From assembly GCA_013265495.1 (NCBI GenBank), contig MU061579.1, positions 3,531,319 to 3,595,318 on the forward strand: a stretch of DNA of 64,000 nt, given 5' to 3'. Under the pieces are notes generated by a model. The model saw only the letters and a program-made list of their open reading frames with translations. It had not been told where the DNA came from and did not search any database. Made by a program: the position numbers and the translations under genes. Below, piece by piece: positions 13,801-25,881 of this stretch (position 1 is its first letter; every line of letters begins with the position of its first letter). Source of the stretch: Vicugna vicugna (Eukaryota).

Positions 13801-14267
13801 TACTATGTTAATGCATCTCAAAGCAACACATCTCCTAAAAAAAGTCTGGACAGGGTGCAAGATGACAATCTTATATTGTTTTCTTAGAATTTTATTTTGG
13901 TTCAAATATTTAGGCAGATTTTTAAAGCAGTATGTCTCAGATTCATAGAAGTAACCAAGATACAAGGTTGGGATAGGCAGCTCATTTTTGACAGACCTGA
14001 AAAATCTGTGATTTATTCAAAAATTGTCAAAAATGTAGAGCAGGAATATTGATTGAACATTAATTAGAAATATTAAAAAAAATCTCAAATCCAAACATTA
14101 TAAATTATTTTCTAAGATTACATGTCGCTTTATTTATGTGTATTACAAAAACAACACCTAGTCATTATAGAAAACAAAAAAAAAAAGAAAAAGAAAACAA
14201 AAGAACATAAGAACACCTATTACTCTTCCCCAAAGATGGACATCCTTCAGGGTAGGATCCTGTAGGT

Positions 14268-14480
14268 AAATAGTACAGCTGAGTGTTTATAAACACAGGT
14301 TCTTCATTTCAAATCCTAGCTTTTTTTTGAAAAATAGCTGCTCACTACTTAATCCCTTGTTTTCTCCTGTAAACTGCAGCTGTTAATAGTACCTACCTCA
14401 CATGCTGGAGAATTGAGTTAATACTTGTAGAATACATGGGAAAGTAGCTGGCATGTGTTTAGCAACCAGTAAGTATTATC
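14268..14480 (+). mobile_element. MIR SINE
   Basis: ttcaaatcctagc, ttttctcctgtaaa, taatagtacctacctca and ctggcatgtgtttagcaaccagtaagt. Confidence 0.75.
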
Positions 14481-15233
14481 CCAGTTTTGTATATGCACAT
14501 ATTTATGTAATATTTAAATAAAACAGTGTGATATTTATTTCACATAAATTTAAAACATTGTACATATAACTTATAAATGGTGCATGGGTATGTATTATGT
14601 GTCTGTATGTGTGTGTTATGTGTATGTACATATACATAAAATTTTAACATATGTGAGTTCTTCCACAAATCACCTTTTATCTAAATTTTTTCCTGTTAAT
14701 CTTTTCTAAATAATGCAAAGTACTAATAATTGGGTGAATGTGAAAAGTGAAAAGTAATGTGGAAACCAAAACTTCAGAAAGTAATGCAAAAATTATCAGA
14801 CTGATTCAAGGCTAACTCATAATTCTCCAAAACGGTGTGAAAAAAATGAGTGATTTGTGGGAATATTTTTAATCATATTTCAATTTAAGCAGATCATAAC
14901 CATAACATCTGCTTTACTCAAGTCTCAATCAATTGCAAGTAAACTGGGGGAAAAAAAGTTCAAGGAGAGACCATATTCTGAAAGACAAAGCATAGTAAGC
15001 CAAAAGTAAAAAGTGTTTATTTAAACACTTTAAACTCAGCTATTTAGATAATTTTAAATAATTTAGGGTTAAATCAGATTTAATATTTGAGATGCAAATA
15101 TTCAGTGTTATACGTTAACAGGAGTCCTACACCAAGAATTCAGATCCTACACAAATAAAGATTCAATTTCTTTATTCCCTGCTCTTGCAGCATCTGCCCA
15201 TTCTTTTCCTAGCTATTTGCTAAATGTTTACCC

Positions 15234-15450
15234 TTTCTTTTTCTTTTCTTTTTTTAAAGTATCATCAGGTTACAATGTGTTAACTTCTGGTGTACAGTAT
15301 AGTGTTTCAGTTATACATATATACATATATTCCTTTTTGTATTTTTTCATTTTAGGTTATTACAAGATATTGAATATAGCTCCCTGTGCTATATAGTAAA
15401 ACCTTGTTTGTTTATCGATTTTATATATAGTAGTTTGTATCAGCAAATCT
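15234..15450 (-). mobile_element. Artiodactyl/camelid-type L1 3' end, 5'-truncated
   Basis: T-rich tail followed by ttacaatgtgttaacttctggtgtacag...ttattacaagatattgaatatagctccctgtgctata. Confidence 0.85.
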
Positions 15451-15539
15451 TGGTTTTAAAGTCTTAAAAAATTCTTGTGTTTTTCCTAATCTGAATGTGA
15501 GATTTTATGCTTCTTGTTCTTAACACTCAATACAATTAC

Positions 15540-16790
15540 AAGTAAATAATTAATTGTGTGATTTGTTCTTCATTATGCTCACTTTGTTCTAAAACTGAAA
15601 GTTACATTAGGAAAAGAAATATCTTTGTCATGTTCACCTATCACAGTGCCTTCTCAGACAGAGTAGACAGTGAGTAAATATGAACTGAATGAATGAGAAT
15701 TTATTGAATACAGGGATGGATGAGTGAATGAAGAGAAGACTAATAAATTTTCTTTATATTTAATTAAATTCAAATTAAAGATTCTTAGAAAAATATGGTT
15801 GGTAATTGGAGGAAATTGAATGATTTTTGATCAGTAGTCAATGTACTAATTCATTTTGCAAAGCCAACACCCTAACTTAGGTGATCTTTGAAAAAGTTCA
15901 AACATATTAAACCCTATGCTTGAAACTCTAAGAGTTCTACTATAAATTCATGAACTGATACCATCACTGGTGTACCCAGGACACTACATGCTCTGGTCTC
16001 CGGCTACCTGTCTGAAGGTGTTTATCCTCCCACTCTGACCTACCCACCGCTCTACTGAAGCCATTGTTCCTCCTTTTATATATCTAGTTCTTTGTCTTGC
16101 CAAAGCTTTTGAAATTGCTATTAACGCAAACTAGAAAGTTATTCCTCTAAAAACTTGTGTACCTTACTTCATGTTGCAGTTTCTGTTCCCTGGGAAGCCA
16201 GCTTTGAGACAAAGAGTAAAGAGTTTGCAGGAGCAGCACCTGTGGAATGGAAAGGAAGGAAGCAGGATTGGGCAGAGAGAGATACTGCTACAGTCTCAAT
16301 AAATGCCTCATCCAACCACACAGGGAGTTCAGAAACTGGAATGATCTTCCATCAGTCCTGTTTTGACCTGGCATTGGAAGCAAGCCTCCTTGAAGAGGAT
16401 GTGACCTTAGGTGAGGCCACTCATTTCAGTTCAGGAAATCCAAAGAGACACATCAACTGCCCCCTATGACCTGGGAGAATAAGATCATCAGTCTTGAAGG
16501 GAGATCTAGGAGACGTATCACAGAACCAACACTCCATCACATCATAGTCTTCTCAAGTTATTATCTTTGAGAAAAGTACACCATTACTACAATTGGCTCT
16601 ATTATTTATCCTGCCTTATGTTTTTTTTTAATTATAGCACTTACAACTACCCAATTATATAACATGCATTTAATTGTTTATTCATGAATTGTGCATTTCC
16701 CCCTTAGAATATAAACTCCACAAGTTTGGAACTTCACTGCTTTACCTCCACTGCCTAGAATGATGCCTGGTGAAAATACAGCTATCCAGT
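15540..16790 (+). mobile_element. L2 3' fragments, the second one interrupted by LTR16
   Basis: L2 terminal motifs cacagtgcc...gtaaatatgaactgaatgaatga and ccccttagaatataaactcca...ctgcctagaatgatgcctgg. Confidence 0.65.
16172..16537 (-). mobile_element. ERVL solo LTR, LTR16A-like
   Basis: ttccctgggaagccagctttgagac, aggaagcaggattgggcagag, tgtgaccttaggtgaggc and gtcttgaagggagatctagg. Confidence 0.8.
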
Positions 16791-18492
16791 TCTTTGGGTT
16801 TTGTTACTGGTGTTGTTTTTAGTTTTTCTTTAGGTACTAAAATAAGGTCTCTCTTTTTTTTTGCATCACTCTTGCAAACAAACACACTAAAATATAACTT
16901 TCCTTCAGTGTATTTAGTAAATTGAGACCAAGAATTCAGTCTGATTATCTGATTATTTTACTAGCACAATTTTTTCGTAAGATTTTTTTTTTCAAATATC
17001 ATGTCAATTAACTAACAGGATTCTGGTATGTAGTGAAAAAGAATGCTTGACATTTATATCTAAAATTGAGAGTTTGATAATTTTTCATGCACTTTGAAAG
17101 TATTTGGATATTTTGCAAAAATTAGCATGTAATTTCATGAAATGGGATATGTGGGGGAGATTAATTAACTGAGCATTTTGATATATAAAAAGACAAATTT
17201 TCAGACTCTTCTAGACCCCTAAGAAGGAAGCCTGTACAGCTGAGAAAGGCAAAGCCAATATATTCACAGTGGAACATTTTACTTGTCTTCCCTCATTGCA
17301 GATCCACTTAGTTATGAAGTACATACTATAGGAATAAAGAAATTGGGCTGCTAAATATGCTTTTTTCCTTTCTGTTTAAATAAAAGAAAAATAAAATTAT
17401 GATCTTTTGAACCAGGCTTTCCTGAAACATTAGCCATATGTCACTAATATTTTAGATTGACCATCTGCTGTGGAATATCTCGTGTGTATCAGAAGTAACA
17501 ACACACAGAACTAATGAAAAATGTGAATCTCAAATTAATTATTTTTGTCTATGAGTCTCATTCTAGCAAATAGTGAGACAAGAAATAATTTTAAAAATTA
17601 TTTCTGGGAAACTATACTGTCTTTTTAAAAATTACATAATTACTTTAAAACATTTTCCCTTTATATGCTGAATTATGTTTCTAACATGTTCTGAACCTTG
17701 TTAAAAATACGTTTTATAACAAGTCTTATTATTTAGAAATGTTAGAAATATAATCCAATATATGTCACCTTTAATAAACCAACTAGGGAAAAACTGAAGA
17801 GGAGCAAATTAATTGGCTGGATACAGTTATTAAGAATATTTTATTAGTGATTTCACAAATATCAAAGATAAGACCACTAGCTTGTTTATTAGAACATAAT
17901 TAAGAAGTTAATAAAAATGTTCCTGTTGGCACTTAGTTTACAAATGAGGAATCATTGTGTGCATGGGAGAAATATGTTAGGTGGACAATAATGGAGTAAG
18001 AAATTTAATTGCTATCTATTTTATATAATTTGGGGCTAAATTCTATAAAGTTAAATTGACATCTAACTTGCTCTTGAATCTTTTTTAATTCAACAAGTGA
18101 TGTCACCACAATTATAAAATTAATAAAAATAAAGAGTTTATTTTAAAGTTAAATTTAAAAGTGCCAGTTGTCTGGGTATTTGCTTCTAAAATCTTTCTCT
18201 TCACAAATTCACAATATGGTGTCAGAAAGTAATAAGCATGAAAATAAAATCAATATATCTGACTTCCAGTGCAAACTGGCATTTCTCATTTAATAATCTT
18301 TAGAATTTATATTTGTAAGAAAAGCCTGTATGACTTGTATGATAGATATGTTACATATTATCTACATAATGCTAAAAACTCATTTTTCATAAATTCAACA
18401 ACAACATAATTTTCAATTAATTTGAACCTTATAAAGGCCAAACAGATGGTTATTGACTGAGCTTTTTGTTTTAAGCCAGCAATTGTGTTATA

Positions 18493-18675
18493 CAGCCGGG
18501 ACAGCAAATTTTTTCTGTAAAGAGTCAGAAGGTAAATATTTGGGGGTTTGTGGGTTATAAGGTCTCAGTGCAAACAAGCGTGACAACAACCAGAGCCATG
18601 ACATAAATAAAAGAGCTGGCTGTGCTCTGTGAATCTGCATTCACACAAACACGCAGAAGCAGATCTTGGCCTAGT
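18493..18675. mobile_element. MER58A-like hAT (Charlie) MITE
   Basis: cagcaaatttttctgtaaagagtcagaaggtaaatatttgggggtttgtggg matches the MER58A terminus. Confidence 0.75.
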
Positions 18676-19110
18676 ATCATTCTCCATTAAAGGAACTAGA
18701 GGTTTCTGGAGAAATGATTGATCTTAGGACTCGACAGAAAATATGTAAGATGAGCCTAGAACATTCTGTGGTGCCAAACAGTAAAGTGCTAACCCTACCC
18801 CCCCCCACACACACACACACAATGACAGGAATATGTCAAATGTCAAAGGAACTCAGACGTGAACTAAAGAGCACCCAGTGAGCAAAACCAGCACAATTTG
18901 AGCAACAACATAAAGTGGCATTGAAATATGTCTCAAAATGTAAAATAAATATTCATGAGGTGATACTAATATTAAAAAGACTGAATACATAAATAAATAA
19001 ATGGTGAAAAAACAGATCCCTCATGCAGAATTCTAAAAGTGTATGTAGTTACTGCAACCTTAAACTCCCACTCCTTTGTACGGACTGATGGTGACCTCAT
19101 TCCATTCCTT
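18670..19110 (+). mobile_element. L1MC/L1MD-type 3' UTR fragment
   Basis: attctccattaaaggaactagagg, agatgagcctagaacat and cacaatttgagcaacaa. Confidence 0.75.
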
Positions 19111-20649
19111 CTTAAACAGAAACCAAAAAATAGGTGGCAGCTAAAGAAAATTTTTAGCAACTTATGTTCTTAAAATGTCCTTTTTTATTTTTTAGAATAT
19201 AAGTGTTGGGTCATTTAGTTTTTGTTTCAAAAATAAAATTATGGGAAGTGGGTAATCAATTGTCTGTAAACATTATATCTATTTTTATTTCTTTCAAATA
19301 AAAACTGATTGCTACTCCTATTAAATCAACATACATGCCTGACTCTTATGTTGGTTTTTAAAATTCTGCATTCATTTTTGGTGCCTTTAAGTATCATTGG
19401 TTAAAAAAAAGATAAAACCCTATTAAAATTTATAGGCCATTCCTTTACAACATTTTACTTTATACTTTGATTTACTAATGGGATGATAAATGGTATTATA
19501 AAATTTCCTAAGCATGATTTACTTGCATATTGTAGAAAGGTATGTTGATAATCCAGATTATCAACTTAATCTCACAATGCTTTATAATGTATTATCATCA
19601 GAATGAATTACTTTACACACGGGTTCCAGCTTTTATTTTAATTTTACCATTTGAAACATTTACTTTGGATTAAATCATATGTTTTATGGCTATATTAATG
19701 CTTTTGTGAGGCAATCATAAATTCCTGAAATTTTAACATAATTTTGTGATACGTATTTAGATTTATGTAATGACCTTTTGAATGTTACACTGTCATTGTT
19801 GAAGCATTTTAGTTTTAATTCCATAATCTGGTATTATCTCCTCCAATTTAAGGCTATTGAATAATAAGCATAATTGAAAGATTCATTTGTTAATGAAATG
19901 TCCTCACAGTGTCAAATCTAATTTTTGGATTAATATTTAATCAATTTTTAGTATTTTTAATATCTATTCTTTAATTTTACATTCTAAATAAATTTATTTC
20001 CAGAAGTACTTTCACAACTGTTAAGCAGCAATTGAAATCATGCTAATATTAAAATTATAGATGTGTTTTCATTATCATTAAAATATATTAAAGTTTTAAA
20101 GTTCCTTTACTTACAAAATAAAAGCACTATTTACTTATGCGAATGTGTTTTTTTACGTTACTTTTCCCTCAAAATTCCCAATTATCTGCATTGCTATACA
20201 TGTTTCCAGATGTATATCTTTCCTTGAGATTATAGTCTAGACCAAGAATTTAAAACTAGTAGATGGTGGAAAATACATTAATTTGAGTTCACTTATAACG
20301 TAAAGGATTATCATGGTCAAATAATGTCACTGAAGTATTGAAAGTACAAATCCAACCATAAGAAAGGAAGTCCACTAAAAAATCCAAAGCTAAATGCTGT
20401 CAACAAATACAAGGCAAATGAGCTAAATCAGTCACATATTTCAGATAAATAACCATAAACAGTATTTGAAAAATCTGTTTTAAGGGTCTGGGACCTCACA
20501 AATTTCTCAGGTTACCACTCTGTTGAGCTTACACTCATGTCTTACGTCTGTTAGTTTATAACTTACTATTAAATATAGCTGCCATTGTATTCAGTAAGCC
20601 TTTAAATATATTGACATTTAAATTCAAGTATTTGGGATGCACTTCCTTT

Positions 20650-20898
20650 TGCAACATATAGTCATTGTTCAGTCTAGTGCAGGAGCGTGGGGAGCGGCTT
20701 TTATAGAGAAGAGATGAAAGCAAAGTAAGGAAGTTGCTGGCTGGATTGGCTGACAGCCTGGCTGGCTGTTCATGACTGGTTTGCAATTTTGTGACCTTGA
20801 AGCATCTATAGGCTTAGATTTTGCTTTACATACGTAGGTCACCAGGGCATTAGAGCCACCTCACCCTAATAACTTCCTTGTTTCATTAATTTAAACAA
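20650..20898 (-). mobile_element. ERV1 (MER4-group) LTR fragment
   Basis: Ends in gcattagagccacctcacc...ttaatttaaaca; the same motif recurs at 59.2 kb. Confidence 0.65.
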
Positions 20899-21269
20899 TA
20901 TTTTTGAGTTCCTAAAAAGCAAAGTAACTTTGTTACATTATGTAAAGGTAGATCAGAACATAAACATTTTTCAACAAGACCCTAGACCAACTGACTATCA
21001 AGATCATATAAGCAAGCTAAAATTAAAAATATTTTTTTGAAATAGTTGCTAAAATCTGATTATAGAGTTCTGTTAAGTTATAACAAAGATTTTTTGGTAA
21101 TTATGTTAGTGATAATATCACTATGAATAAACAACAAAGAAAAAGTGAGCATAGTATTATAGATGCCTACAGAGATGTGTGTGTGTGAGAGAAGATATAA
21201 TATCTTGTATTTTCAAAAAGTAACACCACAAAGGGGAAAAAAAGAAAGCCAAACAACTAAAAAGGAACT

Positions 21270-21410
21270 TGTTGAAGTTTATATTCCCAAGAGCCAGTCT
21301 CTGAGATGGAGGTTAGTATTTGTAATGTTCATTGGGAGAACTCTTGGGATTAACAAATGTCCAGACAATAAAAACCTCTCTGGCTTTGGGACCAGGGAAA
21401 AGTAATTGCA
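21270..21410 (-). mobile_element. LTR16-like fragment
   Basis: ttcccaagagccagtctctgagatggaggttag...ctcttgggattaaca. Confidence 0.55.
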
Positions 21411-21880
21411 TATTGCCATTTTCTTCTTTGTCCAGAACATCAAAAGGCATTTCTCTCTTTATTTCTTTGAGGTATCTGGTATTAAGAGGCTGAATGCCTT
21501 TGGAATATGGAGATGACCTTAAAAAAACTCACATGGGCTGTCTGTAAATTATTCAAACAGTCTAGAATCTAGTCTTCTTATGATTTTTTTTGTTTCTAAA
21601 CAAAAAATGGTGCTAATATTTTAATTAGCATGTTAAAACTCATGTGGCCATTTCTATCATTATTTGGAAAGGATTAGATCCTAGACTAGTTTGCTAGGTT
21701 TAATGATTTCTTACTAGTGTCTGTTATTTTCAATCATGGACCAAACACAATCCTGACCCTTGTGACTTGATGAACGGCCCATGATCATAACTGCATCACC
21801 AGCACTTCTCAGTGTGCTTAAAATGCAGGATAAAACTTGGCAGCATGACATAATTTTTAAATGAAGAAATTATACACTTT

Positions 21881-22000
21881 AAAAAAAGAAGTAGGGAGTA
21901 GGAGGAGAAATAGGAAGAGGAGAAATAAGAGGATGGGAGGAAAAGGATGAAAAAGAGAAGAGAGAGAGAAGGCAGAGGAAAAGTAGGGGAAGAAGGAAAC
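21881..22000. repeat. GA-rich low-complexity (polypurine) tract
   Basis: About 120 bp of almost pure A/G on the + strand. Confidence 0.85.
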
Positions 22001-22589
22001 ATTTTGAGAAACTCAGTGTTAACACTGCAGTGTTGTTTTTGTGTGATGTTTCTAACTGAGCCTCAGCTGACATTTAGATGTGCCTAGATTCACACACCCA
22101 CCAAATCAGATATCTATTGCTATATACATACATATATCCATATCTATAATCTGATTTGATTTAAACGAAAAAAGATGCACAAAAAGGACAACAAGAGGGA
22201 AAGCATGAGGTGTTTATCACCAGCTCCATGAAGGATACATGCAGAAGCACTGCCCTTCTGAACTAATGTAGTTGGGAGCAGAGTCAGCAGAAGTTGGATA
22301 TAAAATATAATGTGTTTTTTTTTTTAACCTATGTGCTAGCAAATCCCAAAGAAAACCAGAGTTCATTTATCTTCGAGATATGGTACTAAGCTGAATTATT
22401 TTATGATGTTTATTTGAAAAATGGGATATAATTAACTTCCCATTGCATCTCAAATTCTTGATATTTCTACATTTTGCATCTAAAAATATTTTTAAGTAGG
22501 AGACCATACTTACTAACATCTTACATCTTTATCTTTTGTTTTTCTATCTCTTCTCTTAGCAGTTATGATAAGAATTCATAGCAGTTATG

Positions 22590-23130
22590 AAAAGAATAGA
22601 CTTATGCTAGTTCACTTAATAATTTGTTTTAACACTAATCAATCAATATATATGCAAGTTTATGTGAGGGAAGCATCATCGTGGTCAAGGATTAAGAAGA
22701 AACAATTTAGAGAAGAGAAAGGTTTAAACCTACCTGCGAAGGTGTAGTTTGGTAGAAAATAAATGGTAATATTTTTAAGGGGTGACAGTTGTCTCAGTGA
22801 AGCCAAACAGATGGAAAAGTTTGGGCTATTTTTTTAAAGAGAGTTAACAAGTCAGTGTTTCTTTAGTATGGAAGCAGTGAGAGTTGTGAGACAAGGCTCA
22901 AGCATAGTTTTGACGGGTCATTAATCCACATTAAAGAGTTTAGACTTTATTTCACCCACAATGAAGAATTATTAGGGAGAATGAAATGGCAACTTGAAAG
23001 CAATGTTTAAGCTGGCTGCCCTGTGGAAGAGATGTATTAAAGTGGTTGAAACTCCCAGATGTGTGTCTAGTAAGCAAACTACTACAGAAGTAATAAGTGA
23101 AAGATAAAGGCCTGGCTGTGGAGCTTAGAC
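22590..23130 (-). mobile_element. L2 fragment
   Basis: cacattaaagagtttagactttattt and ctggctgccctgtggaaga are typical of reverse L2. Confidence 0.6.
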
Positions 23131-23455
23131 TTCTTTGTGTGTATGTTTCCCTCTTTGTGTTTCTGTATGTGTGTTTATTCCTGTTTATTAATGATCTAGT
23201 AATTTTCCAAAGTCATAATATTTACTAAACTTAAGCCCAACAGTCACCAATCTGTCTGTTAATACGTTTCTTCGTCTATTACCAACTGCATGAGTTTGTG
23301 GCTTATGTTGGGGAAAAAAGGAGTCCTGCCCTAAATAGATTACGGATACAGCTGATCTATGAAACGCTTCCGCAACACAAAGTGACTCATGCACAAAGGA
23401 CAACTTTTTTCCCCCGAGTTTAAGTGGCAAAATTTTTAATTTAAAAAAATGTCCT

Positions 23456-23560
23456 GGGTGGGGGGTTGGTGGTAATAGCTCAGTGGTGGAGCACATACTT
23501 AGCATGCACAAGGTCCTGGGTTCAATCCCCAGTACCTCCACCAAAAATAAATAAATAAAT
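23456..23560 (+). mobile_element. tRNA-derived camelid SINE (vic-1 type)
   Basis: G-rich head, Pol III A box TAGCTCAGTGG 23476-23486, ttagcatgca, B box GGTTCAATCC 23519-23528, agtacctcca and a (TAAA)n tail. Confidence 0.9.
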
Positions 23561-23689
23561 GCATTTTAAAAACAAATTTAAGAGGAAAACAAAGGGCCTG
23601 ATTTCACAGCTAGCCAGTGGGATTTAGCTACGGAGGAACAGCAAGTAACACATCTTTATATCTACACATCCAGTCATCATTGACAAGGG

Positions 23690-23890
23690 TATATAGACAC
23701 AGAGATCTGGGTTTGAATCCAAATCTTCTTATCAGAGTGACCCGGAGCTAGTTACTCGCCCTTGCTAAGAACAATTTCTTCAACACCACTCCTCATGACA
23801 GTAAAATTAATGTAGTAGCAGTATGCATGCCTGCTTTCCAGAACACCTGGAATACAGTAAGTATGCAGTTAAGAAGAAGGAATAACTATT
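23690..23890 (+). mobile_element. MIR SINE (degraded)
   Basis: agatctgggtttgaatcca...gtgacc...agttact and agaacacctggaatacagtaag. Confidence 0.6.
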
Positions 23891-24639
23891 AGTAAACTTG
23901 GCAGGCTCAGATCCACAGCCAGAAGTGGCTAATGACTTCCAGGTATTTCTGCAGGTTCCTCAGAGGAATTCATAATCTTGAAAACCTTGTTGGAAAAGTT
24001 TCTCCGAGTAAGGAACATCACAGGTAAAGGAGCTTGAGTACTGGCAAACAGTGTGACATATAACAAGAATTCAAAGTAGTTTAGTAGAGTTAGAGCCTAA
24101 AGAATCTAAAAGGTGATAGATACGCAGGGAGTGAACCAGAGTGATTCCTATATACCACCTAAGGAATGTGTCTTTTATGCTGTGTGTACTGAGAAACATT
24201 TGAATGCAGGCAAAAGAAATGATAACACTTAGAAAATTATTTTTAAAAGCCATGTTAAGAAGGAGTGAGAAATCTAAAAAAAGTAATAAACATATTTGAG
24301 GAAGTAGGAACAATGATACTTGGTGTTCCCTTAGATGTGTAATCTGGTGAACATACCATGGTCCCATCTTCCTCAACCTCTCAGCAATATTTGTAATAGT
24401 TATCAATCCTTTCTTTCTAGAAAACTCACATTTCTAGACTTCGAAGATGCCATAATCTTCCAAATTTTCTCCTTCCTTATGGCATATTTCCTGTTAATTC
24501 TCTTTGCTATTTCCACCTCTTTTGACTTTTAAGTACTGGAGGACCTCAAGGTTTGGTTTCAAACTCCTTTTTTTCTCAATTTACTTTTTTGTGTATTAAA
24601 TAACTCATTTACGTGTCATTAATAGTTGTTAACAATTTA

Positions 24640-25380
24640 CAAAAAGAAATTCGTTGCCAAAGACTTTATTAAAATTCTCAGTCTTACAGCAATGTGTTAA
24701 TGTAAATTAAAATAATGACATACCACTTCACACTCATCAGTTTAAAAAATAAATATTAAAATCTAACAATGCCAAGTATTAGTAAGGATGTAGATTAAAA
24801 CAAAAAAACTTTGATGCATTACTTAGTGAGTGTAAATCAGTTCAATCAATGAAATTTTGATGAAGTTGGGAGCAATTTTTTTTGTTGTTTACAGCTATAT
24901 TCTTGGAACAATGGCAAGTGCCTAGCATGTAGTAAGTGTTTAACACATATTCATTGAATAATAATTTAGAAGTGCAAGCAATTTGGAAAAATCTAGTAAA
25001 ATTAAAGTTACACATTTGTTACCTAGCAATTCAAATTGTAGGTAAATTTCTGAAGGACGTCTCCAATCATATGCCCAAGGAGACAAGGACTGTCATATTC
25101 ATTGCAACATTATTATAATGGCAAAAAAAATTAGGCAGACAAAGCATAGAAAAATAATAAATACATCATTCTAGAGGGTAACCACCTCCAGTGAGAGATA
25201 AATAATTGGGATGGAGAGGGATACACATATTTTGAATAGTATCTATAGTATTTTACTCCTATAAAAATAATCCAAAGGAATTATGACAAGATAGGTGTAA
25301 CTAAGCTGAGTGGTGGGTAAGTTTTCATTATATTATTTCCTAAACTTTTTTCTATATTTGGCATTTATCATAATTTTAAA
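24640..25380 (+). mobile_element. L1ME-type ORF2 end / 3' UTR relic
   Basis: aatgacataccacttcacactcatcag, aatgccaagtattagtaaggatgtag and tattcattgcaacattattataatggcaaaa. Confidence 0.7.
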
Positions 25381-25415
25381 GATGAGAAGGCATACTAGAC
25401 CAAGAACTATGAGCC

Positions 25416-25881
25416 TGTTGATGAAACATTAATCAGACAATCTGAGAAGAAATGGGAAAATTTATTCAAGTAAACTTTTAGGATTATAACCCAGAAAGAA
25501 CATCTCAGAAAGCTCTGAGAATTGTTCTGTCTATTAGAAGGCAAGGTGCAGTTATATGTTTTTTGAGACAGAGGGCTGTACATCAAACGACATGTTATTT
25601 TAACAGTTTACATAATCCAGATCTATGGGTCATCATTATAGTGGATCTTGTGCCCCCTTACAAGATCAAAAAGGAATGTTATCTTTTAAATTGTTTTGTT
25701 GATGCCAGGAGAACGTGGCTCTTTATGGTTGGGCAGGTATTGGCACTGATGGGGAAGGTTGGTCGATGCATAATGCAGATACACAATGCACGGTAGGGGA
25801 GAGGGGAGGCCAAAGGGCAGAAAAAGATTTTTTATGTTTAAATTTTTTTGTCTCACTATAAAATATGAATTTTATTTCACA
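25416..25881 (-). mobile_element. ERV1-type solo LTR with perfect 4-bp TSD
   Basis: TG...CA termini; AGCC at 25412-25415 and 25882-25885; homologous to the LTR at 61733-62108. Confidence 0.9.

Noticed and set aside
23470..23542. tRNA-Ala-like gene
   Set aside because: A and B boxes are present, but the G-rich head, (TAAA)n tail and two further diverged copies show it is a SINE. ORF 23188-23544 (MVEVLGIEPR...) is just its antisense reading.
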